In this document: positions 11,913-24,690 of the stretch, in pieces
How positions within the stretch are numbered: position 1 is the stretch's first letter
How the letters are laid out: each line of letters opens with the position of its first letter
Source: Eledone cirrhosa
Lineage: Eukaryota
DNA length: 64,000 nt
NCBI GenBank assembly: GCA_964016885.1
Contig: OZ024741.1
Location: forward strand, 327,732,001 to 327,796,000
Direction of reading: 5' to 3'
The notes under the pieces: model-generated
What the model was told of the DNA's origin: nothing
What the model saw: the letters and a program-made list of their open reading frames with translations, nothing else
Databases searched by the model: none
Position numbers and translations under genes: made by a program

Positions 11913-13815
11913 AACTTTAACTCTAATCCTTCTATAAGGCTTATATGCCCTTCCAAATCTGATATTGGAATCATTAGTAAAGAAATTTTAGATAGAGTCA
12001 TCCCACAACTAAGAGAACATGTTAATTTACCACTCTGGGAAAACACATTCCAGGTAATTAACTGGTTTAATAATATTAGGAATAAATCTTCTGCTTCATT
12101 TCTACAATTTGATATAGATAATTATTATTACTCCATATCACCTATACACCTGAACAAAGCCTTGATATTTGCCAAAAATAGATCTAACTTAACTTTGGAT
12201 GACATTAATATTATTACACATGCTTGACAAACACTACTGGAATTTCAAAATGAATACTGGACCAGAAACACATATAGTAATCTATTCGATATTACTATGG
12301 GCTCAAGTGATTCTGCCCAAATTACTGATCTTGTGGGCCTCTTTCTTCTTTTTAACATAAATGCTTCCTTTCCCCACCTTAAAGGTGGTTTATATCGTGA
12401 CGACTATCTTCTTCCTTCCAATAACCTTAGCCTTTCAGAGATTGAAAAAAATAAAAAACGTATTAGAACTTTCCTCAAAGACTATTATAGTCTAGATATT
12501 ACATTTGAAAACACAAGTAAAGTAGTTAATTTCCTTGATATAACATTAGACTTATCCACGGGTATCTACCAACCTTACCATAAACCTAACCAAAACTTAC
12601 ATTACATACACTCACAATCTAATCACCCTAAATCTATCCTTAAAAACCTAGCATATAATATCTCACTCAGAATTAATAACCTTTCGTCTAACCAGGATGT
12701 ATTTGATAAAAATGCGACCTTTTATAATGAAGCTTTAGCTAGAAGTGGCCACAAAAATAAATTAGTATATATACCTTGTACCAATATCACTACAAACATA
12801 CAACCTAATATTACCAACAAACACCAAATGAAACATACACACCTAAATGCCACTCACACTATACCCCAAAATACCAACATAAAACTAAATTTCTCTAACT
12901 CTTCTAATATACGATATAGTAACTCTCAAAAAACTATTCATCCTACTACTCTAATAAATGTTAATAATAAAACTCCTAATAAACAAGCAAAAACACCTAA
13001 ATCAATGAATCTAACTAAAAATGTGTGTGGTGAATTCATTAACAATAATTCTCTTAATAAACATCAGGAGACATCCTATGAAAATAATAAACAACATCGA
13101 AACCGTAATAGACGAGTTACTTGGTATAATGCTCCATTTAATTTACAAATTAAAGATAATATACCTAAAAAATATTTTAATATCCTATAGAAGAACTTCC
13201 CGCCAAAACCGCAAATACCATCAAATTTTAAATAGATCAACGATTAAATTCTCCTACTCAACAACCAAAAACATAAAATAAAATATATGTGCCTATAATG
13301 CATATAAATGTAAAAAAAAACCATGAGTATACAACCAATGCATCAAACTAACCATATTATCTCCTCTGATACAGGATTCACGAAAAGTTGTAACTATGGA
13401 AACAAAGCAAATTGCCCATTAAAAGGAAATTGCCTTGAGTCCTTAGTATTAACTTTACATTTATATACATAGTATATAAATGTAAAGTTAATACTAAGGA
13501 CTCAATTTATTCATATATAGGAGCTACCTCTAGCCAATTTAAAGTAAGATTTAATACCCACAAACACAGCTTTAAAAATGCCGCATTAGCTAATACAACA
13601 TCTTTAGCTGAAATAATTAATAATTATAGAAAGAGGAATATAGATTATGACCTGACCTGGAGTGTGCTCAAAAGGGCCACCCCTTATCAAAATAATAGAT
13701 ATGAATGTAGATTGTGTACCCAAGAACTTTTTGAAATAATGAAATCTAAGGATATCCTATTAAATAAGCGACAGGAATTAATATCGTGTAATCATAAACT
13801 GAGAAAAACCTTTAA
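11913..13815 (+). pseudogene. PLE RT-GIY-YIG polyprotein, decayed
   Basis: RLICPSKSDIGIISKEILD, FLQFDIDNYY, FDITMGSSDSAQ, GGLYRDD, VNFLDITLDL, YHKPN, SNHP, VTWYNAPF, IVYKC...YIGA. TGA at 12225, stops/frameshift near 13190-13280. Confidence 0.9.
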
Positions 13816-14067
13816 ATATTATAAACCTAATTAATATACACTTTAGAAATTATTATAATAACATTTTTTTAAATTTAGTTAATCTATAATTAATATTCTA
13901 CTACTAATGAACTACATAATTTTATTTCCCTTTACAACTATCTTTTCCTAAAATTGATACCATTAAGTATACATATATACTGTTTTAATTTCATGTTATG
14001 ATTCTATGTTCCTTGTAATCTCTATATATTTCTTATTTCTCACTAATAAATTTAAACCCCCCCCCAA

Positions 14068-14110
<43 letters not shown>

Positions 14111-14799
14111 TTATTTCCCCTCGTTTTTAACAGCACTCTTCAATTACATCTAACTCTTATCTATCATATCTATAAGCATTAATATAATTTTATCAATATA
14201 AATATACCTATCAATTTAATTAATTTTCTTTTCATAGATGTAAATTCCATATATATTTTTTTCACTAACACTTTTATCGTAAAATTTTAGTCTCCTTAGA
14301 TATTTTCATTGGCATTATTCTTTTATAACAGCAATTTTTCGTGTACTTTTTACCGACCTGACCTATTTTGGCCCCTAAATAACCCTTTTCATTCATCATA
14401 ATTCTTCCATTCAAAACTGAAATCTGCCTTCTTCTACCCCTAAATTAAAGTTCCATTACTACTATTTTACCCTTTAGCCAGTTATTACCTTTCTATTGGT
14501 CAATTCAAAACCTGTTCCCAAACCTATTATATTAAATCTTTGTTGGTTTTATTCAATGAACAAATATAATTATTTCTGAAGACAGCATATGATCTATTTT
14601 CACCCCTAAAATAATCTTTCATTCATAATGTTCTTTCTATCCAAAACTGAAATCTACCTTCCTCTACCCCTAAATTAAGGTTCTATTACTACTATTTTAC
14701 CATCTTGACCTTCACTATCTTTCTATTGGTCAATTCAAAACCTGTTCCCAAACAGACCTATTGTATTAAATCTTTGTTGGTTTTTTCAATAAACAAATA

Positions 14800-14937
14800 T
14801 CATTATTTCTGAAGACAGCATATATATGTGTAGGTATGTATATTCCTTCTGATAGTTTGTAAAAATTTTACATAGATCTATATGATATGCATACCAACAC
14901 TAACATATATATCCTAGAAACGATCGTAAAATGATGA
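14800..14937 (+). ncRNA. Type I hammerhead ribozyme with 101-nt stem II
   Basis: TCATTATTT CTGAAGA [101 nt] GAAAC GATC GTA AAATGATGA. 9-bp stem I and palindromic stem III ACGATCGT. Confidence 0.78.
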
Positions 14938-14986
14938 ATTTTTTAATATAAGAAACTGTTTCTTTGTTTATTCATTATTTTTATTA

Positions 14987-15063
<77 letters not shown>

Positions 15064-15770
15064 TTTTCATAAAAATATAGTATTTTTAGCGCGAAAGGTA
15101 GCTATAAACAGCTGAACACTATGTGTATAGAAAAAGGTCGGGGTTAGTATATAACTACCTATTGATGCGACAGTAAGCAACAAGTGGGCGGATGTATCAG
15201 TGATATCAGTGGTAACAAAAGAGAGGTGACAGCGAATGAAAAAAAATAGATGGGTGGAAGGATTTAAAATAGGTAGATTATAAAGATAGAAAGAATTACC
15301 TATGCCTGGCACTGTAAACCGTTTAATTTAGAAAACCTACATGGCTCAAATTATGCATGTAAACATTAACTGAAAAGGTTTGAGTCATGAGTGTATATGG
15401 GTTTTCATAAAAATGTAGCTGTAAAGTGTAGCTGTAAAGATCCGAATTCTATATGTATAGTAAAATGTCGGGTTAAGATATAACCAAATATTGAACGGAA
15501 GGCGAGAGAGAAAGGAAGAAAGAGGGCCCAAAGCAAATATATATATGTATATACATATATATATATATAGGAAAAGAGTCAGGACCCCGACAGCTGAGCT
15601 CCGGCCGTTTCGACAGCTAGATACGATCTATTACCCACTCTACTATCCTAAGCATCGTGTGCTCTGGTCGGTAATGGTCCACCTGGTTTCTTACCACACT
15701 TTCTTGGTTCATATATATATATATAGTGACGAAACATATGTCAATTGCATGAACTCATAACCCTTTATTT

Positions 15771-15826
15771 ACTGCTATATATATTTCGATGATAGCCATT
15801 GAATGGCTAGGACCTCATCAAGCAGT
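15771..15826 (-). ncRNA. Hammerhead motif in pLTR (C3->U)
   Basis: ACTGC TTGATGA GGT C CTAGCCA ttcaa TGGCTAT C ATC GAAA TATATA TA GCAGT. Confidence 0.65.
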
Positions 15827-17588
15827 TAGTCAGTTCTTAGATATGCCAGCTCTGTGTTTATGGTATCAAAGCCTTGGGACATATGAGCTTGTTAGGAATA
15901 ATTTACTGTTGTCAGCAGGAATAGCCTTAATTCTCATTGGTCACTTTGTAGATGCTAGTAGGGTTGCTATTTGGCCTCAAAGAGGCAGGTGGTGTTGTAA
16001 ATTTCAAACCGTCAAGCAAAATGACAATAGTTCCGTATGACTGATTTTCACAAAAAGCATTCCTGGTCAGATATATATTCAATTGAGGTTAATAGTATGA
16101 AATTCGATACTAAAGGTCATTCTTAAATTGAGGAATTTATGTGGAGTGGTACAACTGAAAATTATGGTTAGAGTAGAATACTAAAAAATTTACAAATAAA
16201 ACGACCTATGTAGCTTGATTTGCACTTACACTTACACCCACACCCACATACATAGACACACATCTCCACATACAAATTGAGGAATTAATATTTTCGACCA
16301 ATGTGGTACTGTGGTCCACGACGGTGAAGTGTGCATCGTCTTGGTACATCCCGCCACTCAGGTTGGGTATTTCGCGCTTGATCTCGTAGAGTATGTATAT
16401 CCCAACCAAGTCCGTTAGCTGTGCGGAGTCACTGGAGCCCATTGTAATGTCAAAATTATTTGGCCAGTCGCACCGGGTCCATATGTCCCCACCGAATCGG
16501 ATCAGGGTCTTTCTGGCGGCGTGTATGATTCAGACCTCGTCGCGCGTTAGGTCTGTCCTATTCATCGCGAATATGAGTGCCTTGTTCAGGACTATGGGCG
16601 AGATAGAGAAATAGTAATTGTTGATGTCTAGTTGTATGAAGCTAGTCCTATGTTTGTGAGGTAAAAATTAAACCATCCAGCACCTGGCTGGTGCAGGACC
16701 AGAGTTGTAACCTTATTTTTATCTTAAGTGTGGGCAGGATCCTATCTAAAATGATTTTGCTAACAACCCCCATGTCTGACAGGGAGGGGGCTACCCCCAT
16801 GTCTGACCGGCAGGTTAGACTCAAAGTTTGGTTTGTGGTCCTTAATAGTAATCCTCGGCTCCCCTGGTTGGTATGGGACCGTCCTATCATCTATGCCAAG
16901 ACCAGATACGATCTCATAAGCCTTGATGTTGAAATCCTCTAGGGTAGCCTCTGGCGTTTTTTTTTTAGCTTTTTCTCAATTCCCTGAAGATTAGCTCATG
17001 GTAAAGTTGAAAGTCCATGCTGTAAAGGTTGTGGGTTTTGTCGGCATGGCCGATTCCTGTAGATTCCTATAGATTCCTTATGATCGGTAATTCCATTTTC
17101 CAGTCGTCTAAGGTACTCTCGACCCGGTATGGTTGGTCGGAAAATTTGATGTTGGAAATGATGCCAATCATTTCGTTCTCGAACTCCTCCAATAGTCTGT
17201 TGTGGCGTGGGGTCCTTGCTAATCTGAAGAGGCACTCTATTTTTTTTGTTATTACTATTGGGGTTTCCTCTATCAAAGTGGTAAGCCCTCAACCTCATCC
17301 TGCATATTAGGGAGTCAGTACTCTTAGTGAGATTCCTGGTGTATTCTCGTTTACCCGATAATGGGATGTCCTTCAGTGATGCCAGAGTGGTGAGTTTATC
17401 CATATTGGCTGCGGTCCGCTACTGTATGAAGCGTTCAACAGGGTGTGGAGCATGGGGTAAGCAAGAAAGTGTTGGTAAAATCCAGTACTTCAGTATGCGG
17501 ATAGGAAGCACTCAACGAAGATATAAGTTCCAGAGTTATAATATTGACGAAACATAAGTCAATTGCATGAACTCATAATCCTTTATTT

Positions 17589-17645
17589 ACTGCTATATAT
17601 ATTTTCGATGATAGCCATTGAATGGCTATGACCTCATCAGGCAGT
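17589..17645 (-). ncRNA. Hammerhead motif in pLTR
   Basis: ACTGC CTGATGA GGT C ATAGCCA ttcaa TGGCTAT C ATC GAAA ATATATA TA GCAGT. Confidence 0.75.
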
Positions 17646-17793
17646 TAGTCAGTTCTTAGATATGCCAGCTCTGTGTTTATGGTGTTGATGATATCAGAGC
17701 CTTGGGACATATGAGCTTGTTAGGAATAATTTACTGTTGTCAGCAGGAATAGTCTTAATTCTCATTGGTCAGTTTGTAGATGCTAGTATTTGG

Positions 17794-17871
<78 letters not shown>

Positions 17872-18329
17872 ATAATAATAAATGTGAAGACTAAAATCCA
17901 AAGAGGGCTCGAAGATCCCGTTAAGGGTAAGGGTAAAATAAGCGATTCTTTGCTTAAACTTTAATCTGTTATTTTAATAAATAAATATATATATATATGG
18001 ACTTATTTTTTATGTATTGCTCCGATTGTTAATTATTTATTTAATTAATTCGTCTTTGAGCCACACCGTGAATGGTTGCCAAAAATATACACATATCTAT
18101 AGTGCTCTCTAGTTTATGTGTATATGCCCTTTAAATTTTAAATACTCCCGTCGGGTTGAATAAAAGTTTTAGGCAGTATTTGGCTGCGCTTTCTATCAAC
18201 CAGCCTACTCGCCAACAGGCTCCAGTCACAAACTTTCTACCTTCACCACTAGCCACGTGACGATTCGTAGGCATTTTGAATTCGTTTCTGACGGAGATCT
18301 TGTAAGAAAAATCTTTGTACAATTGAGTT

Positions 18330-18413
18330 TATCTCCTGATGATTTCCAATCTCGTTGATTTATCCAAGATCGGATATATCCAACAATGGAATGAAACTGC
18401 CGTAGTAGAGATA
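18330..18413 (+). ncRNA. Type I hammerhead ribozyme, solo pLTR-like
   Basis: TATCTC CTGATGA TTTCCA...TGGAAT GAAACT GCCGT AGTA GAGATA. 6-bp stem I, 50-nt stem II. Confidence 0.78.
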
Positions 18414-18684
18414 TTTTGATGATTTTGGTATAACTTTAATTTTGTACCTAATTATGTATGATTAACTATATGTCTAGTCAATTTCTACAGGCTATCAGAA
18501 ATACTAGATACATTTTCTGTAGCTGTGAGTCGGGGATAATAAGCTATATCATTTACCTGTTATTTCTTCATAAGTATATTTTAAATTCATAATCTCGTTT
18601 AATTGTTTTTTTGGTGTGATTGATTAATGCTGATTGGAGGAAGAAATACTGTGTATATTTTATCTAATGATTCTATGGACTTAT

Positions 18685-18716
<32 letters not shown>

Positions 18717-18847
18717 TAAGTAGAAGGGGTATTTCATTTGTTGGAAGTCCATCAAATATAAATGTTTATAACTAATTTAGAGCACTCAACAGTTTACTGG
18801 AGTAAATATTCAATGATAAATAGAAATTATATTTATAAAACCATATT

Positions 18848-18910
18848 TATTTTATTATATATATTTCAAGGGTACCAAGACACATTGATACGCTTTCATC
18901 AGATAAAATA
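18848..18910 (-). ncRNA. Type I hammerhead ribozyme
   Basis: TATTTTAT CTGATGA AAG C GTATCAA tgtgtc TTGGTAC C CTT GAAA TATATA TA ATAAAATA. Confidence 0.85.
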
Positions 18911-20802
18911 CAAAGTTTGTTATATAAATAGAGACATACCCATGAAATCAGACTTTATCGGTTGGAAATTTACTGGATAGTGGAAATATATTAGGGATTT
19001 TTCAAACTTATGTGTGAATATGCAAATGAATATGTAAATAATTGTAAAACAACCGTTTATTTAAACGACTATGGAGAGAGATAAGAGATAAGGGATAAGA
19101 GGAGAGGATAAAATATTGCTAGAATGAGAGAAGAATGAAACAAGAAAAGATGAATAAAACTCATATAACATTAATTTGAGGGAAATATATTATAAGTATA
19201 TATCTTAATAGTAAGTGTATTTACGATTATTAGTTGTTTAAACATTTATTTATAATATAATATTTTTCTTCTGTTATAAGTAGATAAATAAATCAATAAA
19301 TAAATCAATACATAAATAAATAAATAAATACATAAATAAATAAATAAATAGACGGGTATATCATGTTATAGATAATTGTTCTAATGAGTTACGAGGGATA
19401 TTGGTTTTGTATTTAATGTAAATAAATATTAAGTTGAATTAATTTAAAATAGGAATATGCGGAAAAACTCCGGTTTAATTTATTTATTCGTGTGAGATTA
19501 TTTAGTTAAAATAAGTATAGATGTTGAAAGATACATTTAGCCAGAATCAGTTAGTGGTTATAAATCCATAGAAAAATATTGAAAAAATATTGACACAGTA
19601 TTGAAAAAATATTAACATTTGAGAAATTAAAAGAAAAAATTGATAATAGATTAGTAATTTTAAAGAAAAAGTAAAGAAATAAAAATTATAAAATTTAAAT
19701 TTAAATTTAAATTATGAAAAAAAATTAGAATTATATACGTATATATTTTATGAAATTTTAAGAAGTGGAATTATAGCAAATGTTATAGATATTATGATTT
19801 AGAGATATCAATATATCAAAACCAAGTGGATGAGATTGTTATGGAAATAAGTAGGAATATTATAAGTATAATTCATAAGTTATATATAGTTCTGAGTGTT
19901 GAATTCAGACAATGACTATAAGAATTAAATAAATTCGTTCTTAGATTAATAGAGTTTTTACATTTAAGTATGAAAAAATTGTCCTCAACACACAATTTGC
20001 AGAATCTATATAAAGCTGTGTTTCGGTACACGGGTGCTTTTGAAAATATTTCCCAAGCTAATGAATAGTCCATATTCTTGCATTTTAAGTTCCATATCAG
20101 GTTGGAAAGAGAAGTTGAAATTTTTTTATCAAATCTTTGTAAAGAGCATTTGTGATTATTCCAGTGATTTTAAATTCTGTGTAAGTTGCACCGACATAGT
20201 TAAATATATTATCACTAGTTTTAACTGTACATGTATATACAACGTTTTTATCTAAACACTTATTTTATAAAGGACAGTTTGATTTAATTCTACAGTTACA
20301 TTTGTTGTTGTTCTGAACGGTACTATTATGTTGGATATTGCTAGAGATATTACTGCTATTTTGGTTATTTTGTTTATTTTGGTTAGGGTTTAAATTTCTT
20401 TTATTAATTCTATTTATATTGTGTGCTATGTTCATAGTAGTAGAGTAGGATAGTTTTATAGTATGTCTGTTAAAGATTGAGGGGTATCTGTGGGCTTTAG
20501 GAAAACATTTATCTAGTGCTTTAAAGAATAGCTTTGCTAATGGTGTTTTTACGCTTAATGAGAATGGGGGTGAATACCAAATAATATTTCTAGTTCTCGT
20601 TTTTCTGTTAGTTTTAGAGTTTAAGTTAGATTTTTAAAATTATTATTACAATTAATAGTAGGGTTATTTGCCTTATTAGTGTTGTGAAAAAAGACAACCT
20701 TAATGGTTGGAGATTCCTGGAAAGACTATCCAGGAAGCTCCAACCGTTAAGGTTGTTTTTTTCCGGTTATGTCAATATTTATTTATTTATAAAACAAATC
20801 TG

Positions 20803-20866
20803 TATTTTATCTGATGAAAGCGCACCATAATTTGCATTGGTTGCCCTTGAAATATGTATAATAAAT
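20803..20866 (+). ncRNA. Type I hammerhead ribozyme, paralog of 18848-18910
   Basis: TATTTTAT CTGATGA AAG C GCACCA...TGGTTGC C CTT GAAA TATGTA TA ATAAAT. Confidence 0.78.
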
Positions 20867-20905
20867 AAATATGGTTTTATAAATATAGTTTCCATTTATT
20901 AATAT

Positions 20906-20980
<75 letters not shown>

Positions 20981-21020
20981 AGAGAGAGAGGGAGAGAAAG
21001 AAGTATACATATATATATAA

Positions 21021-21245
21021 AAGAGGGATAAACACAGACATATACATATATGTGTTCAAATCGTAAGGGACCAGATTTGCTAAGGATCTAGTTACCACAA
21101 TTCGGGTTTGTATTTATTTTCTTGATTTATTCTTAAATTGATTCTGGCAAACCCTATTGTCCATAGTTAGTATATTTGTCACCTTAGCGAATCTGGTCCC
21201 TTACGATTTGAACACATATATGTATATGTCGGTGTTTATCTCTCT
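21021..21245. repeat. Inverted repeat, ~65-bp arms
   Basis: GATAAACAC...CAAATCGTAAGGGACCAGATTTGCTAAGG pairs with CCTTAGCGAATCTGGTCCCTTACGATTTG...GTGTTTATC. Confidence 0.8.
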
Positions 21246-21246
21246 T

Positions 21247-21457
<211 letters not shown>

Positions 21458-21510
21458 GTATACCTCTCTCTCTATCTTTCTCGCTCTCTCTCACCTTCTA
21501 TATATATGTA

Positions 21511-22403
<893 letters not shown>

Positions 22404-22538
22404 TATGTCTGTGTTCATCTCTCTTTCATATTCAATTATGATATACGGCTCGGAAAAATCTCTTTCCTAGAGCTATTTTGTTGTAAGCGACTATTTTGAT
22501 TTTCTAACTCAATATATAACGCTGATATATATATATAT

Positions 22539-22755
<217 letters not shown>

Positions 22756-23588
22756 GGATACTATTTATGGTTATGTATATACTAAAACTTTTTATAGTTA
22801 TGTACATTTTAAAGCATAAACAGTGAAGGTCAGTAATTTATTACTACCGTATTACCAGTAAGATACATAGCTCAATGTAATAACATCAGTTGTTCTACAG
22901 AGCAGTTATATAGAATTCACAAGAATCGAAGCTATGTTCAAAGCATTTATTCACTTACAATTGTTTCATCCAAACGTAGGCTTGGAGCCTTCGGACCATT
23001 TTTCATTGTTTGTACACATAATTGACCTCCTTTCCAACGCAAGAGACATACCGATACACATATATATATATATTGATGTACAGTGGAGTGACATATATTA
23101 TACTATATTATTTCTGTATAGTAATTCAAATTCAAAATCAAAATTAAAATTAAAACAAAATTAAAACAAAATTAAAACAAAATTGAAACAAAATTAAAAT
23201 ACATTCGGCAGTTAACACTGATAATGCAAGAGGATAGTTTGTTAGTGAGATGTAGTAGATAGTGTATGCGTTAGTTACACGTGGGGTATGCAAGTGTGTT
23301 TCATTTATATATGATTATTATGTGGCAGGGTGTTACATGTACTACAAGCACTTTAAGCGGGTAAGTAAGAGTATTATGAGGGTTGTAGTGGTAAGGTATT
23401 TTTTGGTATAAAATAAAAATGTATGTGTGCAGAAAATTATAAATAAAAAGGAGAACCAAAAGAAAGTTATGGTTTTCGTATCCACCACCATTTTCACATT
23501 CAGGAAAAGTAATAGATAGTTTTTAATCCATATTAAGCCGTAGTGTCCAGCAACCATCGCTGCTCGTTTGTTCAACACTGACAAAGGA

Positions 23589-23631
23589 ACGTTGTACTAG
23601 TTTCAAGCTTACTAGCTATCGTCAGCAACGT
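23589..23631 (-). ncRNA. Minimal type I hammerhead ribozyme
   Basis: ACGTTG CTGACGA TAGCT agta AGCTT GAAAC TA GTA CAACGT. Confidence 0.82.
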
Positions 23632-24250
23632 ATACCTTCCTGCCAGATTGTTCAACGTATACTTACCTTATGCATATTAACGGCTGAGTAGCTCAATTTG
23701 CATATCGAGTGGGTTAATCGGCCGGGTGCACCTAAAACGATAAACGGAAAAAATCAAACGAAATTTCATTTCCCACTCTTAGTACGGCTGTTACTTAAAT
23801 ATACGTATGTACACGTACATACATATATGTATACAGACGTCCAGTAGTATGTATATATATACACATACATGCACACATATATATATATGTACGTATGGGT
23901 TCACCGAACATTCACCAAACACGGGATGTTTGTTTACAAACACACCGAGCATTATAATAGATGTTCAGTGAATCCATACGTACATATATATATATATATA
24001 TATGTGTGCATGTATGTGTATATATATACATACTACTGTACGTCTGTATACATATATGTATGTACGTGTACATACTTATATTTAAGTAACAGCCGTACTA
24101 AGCGTGGGAAATGAAATTTTGTTTCATTTTTTCCGTTTATCGTTTTCGGTGCACCCGGCCGATTAACTCACTTGATATGCAAATTGGTCTACTCAGCCGT
24201 TAATATGCATCAGGTAAGTATATACGTTGAACAATCTGGCAGGAAGGTAT

Positions 24251-24293
24251 ACGTTGCTGACGATAGCTAATAAGCTTGAAACTGGTACAGAGT
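24251..24293 (+). ncRNA. Minimal hammerhead motif (stem I partly decayed)
   Basis: ACGTTG CTGACGA TAGCT aata AGCTT GAAAC TG GTA CAGAGT. Confidence 0.65.
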
Positions 24294-24690
24294 TCCTTTG
24301 TCAGTGTTGAACAAATGAGCAACGATGGTTGCTGGACACTACGGCTTAATACGGGATGTTTGTTTACAAACACACCGAGCATTATAATAAATGTTCGGTG
24401 AATCCATACGTACATGTATATATGTGTGCATGTATGTATATATATATATATATATACATACTACTGTACGTCTGTATACATATATGTATGTACGTGTACA
24501 TACTTATATTTAAGTAACAGCCGTCCTAAGAGTGGGAAATGTAATTTCGTTTCATTTTTTCCGTTTATATATATATATATATATATATATAAATTTTGAG
24601 TATATGTTGGTTGTTTACCGACACACCTCAATATGCAGATTGGAGCACTCCACGAAGTACGCAGGTTGGTTTGTTTACTCCGGAGTAATG

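Larger units (their letters stand above)
11908..14992 (+). mobile_element. 5'-truncated Naiad-like Penelope element
   Basis: RT followed by C-terminal GIY-YIG, a 3' UTR with a ~235-bp tandem duplication, an HHR, and an end at (TA)n. Confidence 0.9.
15727..17796 (-). mobile_element. Decayed Naiad-like PLE flanked by direct pseudo-LTRs, EN deleted
   Basis: Direct repeats 15727-15960 and 17545-17796. ORF pieces SLKDIP...ICRMRLRAYHF, VSKIILDRI, FDITMGSSDSAQLTDLVG, GGMYQDD. Confidence 0.88.
18720..20910 (-). mobile_element. 3' part of a Naiad-like PLE (GIY-YIG region, 3' UTR) with inverted pLTR at 20770-20910
   Basis: Minus strand reads RNIIWYSPPFS, IFNRHTIKLSYSTT, KCNCRIKSNCP, YVGATYTEFK, CKLCVED. 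HHRs at both ends in opposite orientation. Confidence 0.85.
23531..24568. mobile_element. ORF-less HHR-containing repeat: ~0.9 inverted unit plus ~1.5 tandem 430-bp units (retrozyme-like)
   Basis: ACGGGATGTTTGTTTACAAAC recurs at 23921 and 24351. 23531-23912 is the reverse complement of the unit. Confidence 0.82.

Noticed and set aside
12225-12227. In-frame TGA in the Naiad-like RT as selenocysteine (some Naiads are reported to encode Sec)
   Set aside because: It aligns with Arg in the paralog (IITHA*QTLL versus IIHAARKTLI), so CGA to TGA decay is simpler. No SECIS was seen and the copy has other stops. A SECIS search and family consensus would settle it.
22950-23000. Decayed HHR-like motifs here and at ~15595-15655, 29160-29195, 50820-50860
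   Set aside because: GAAAC and stems II/III are partly present, but the CUGANGA core or stem I is broken, so they are not called.
24211-24221. U1 snRNA gene (ATACTTACCTG on minus)
   Set aside because: Only the first 11 nt match and no U1 body follows.
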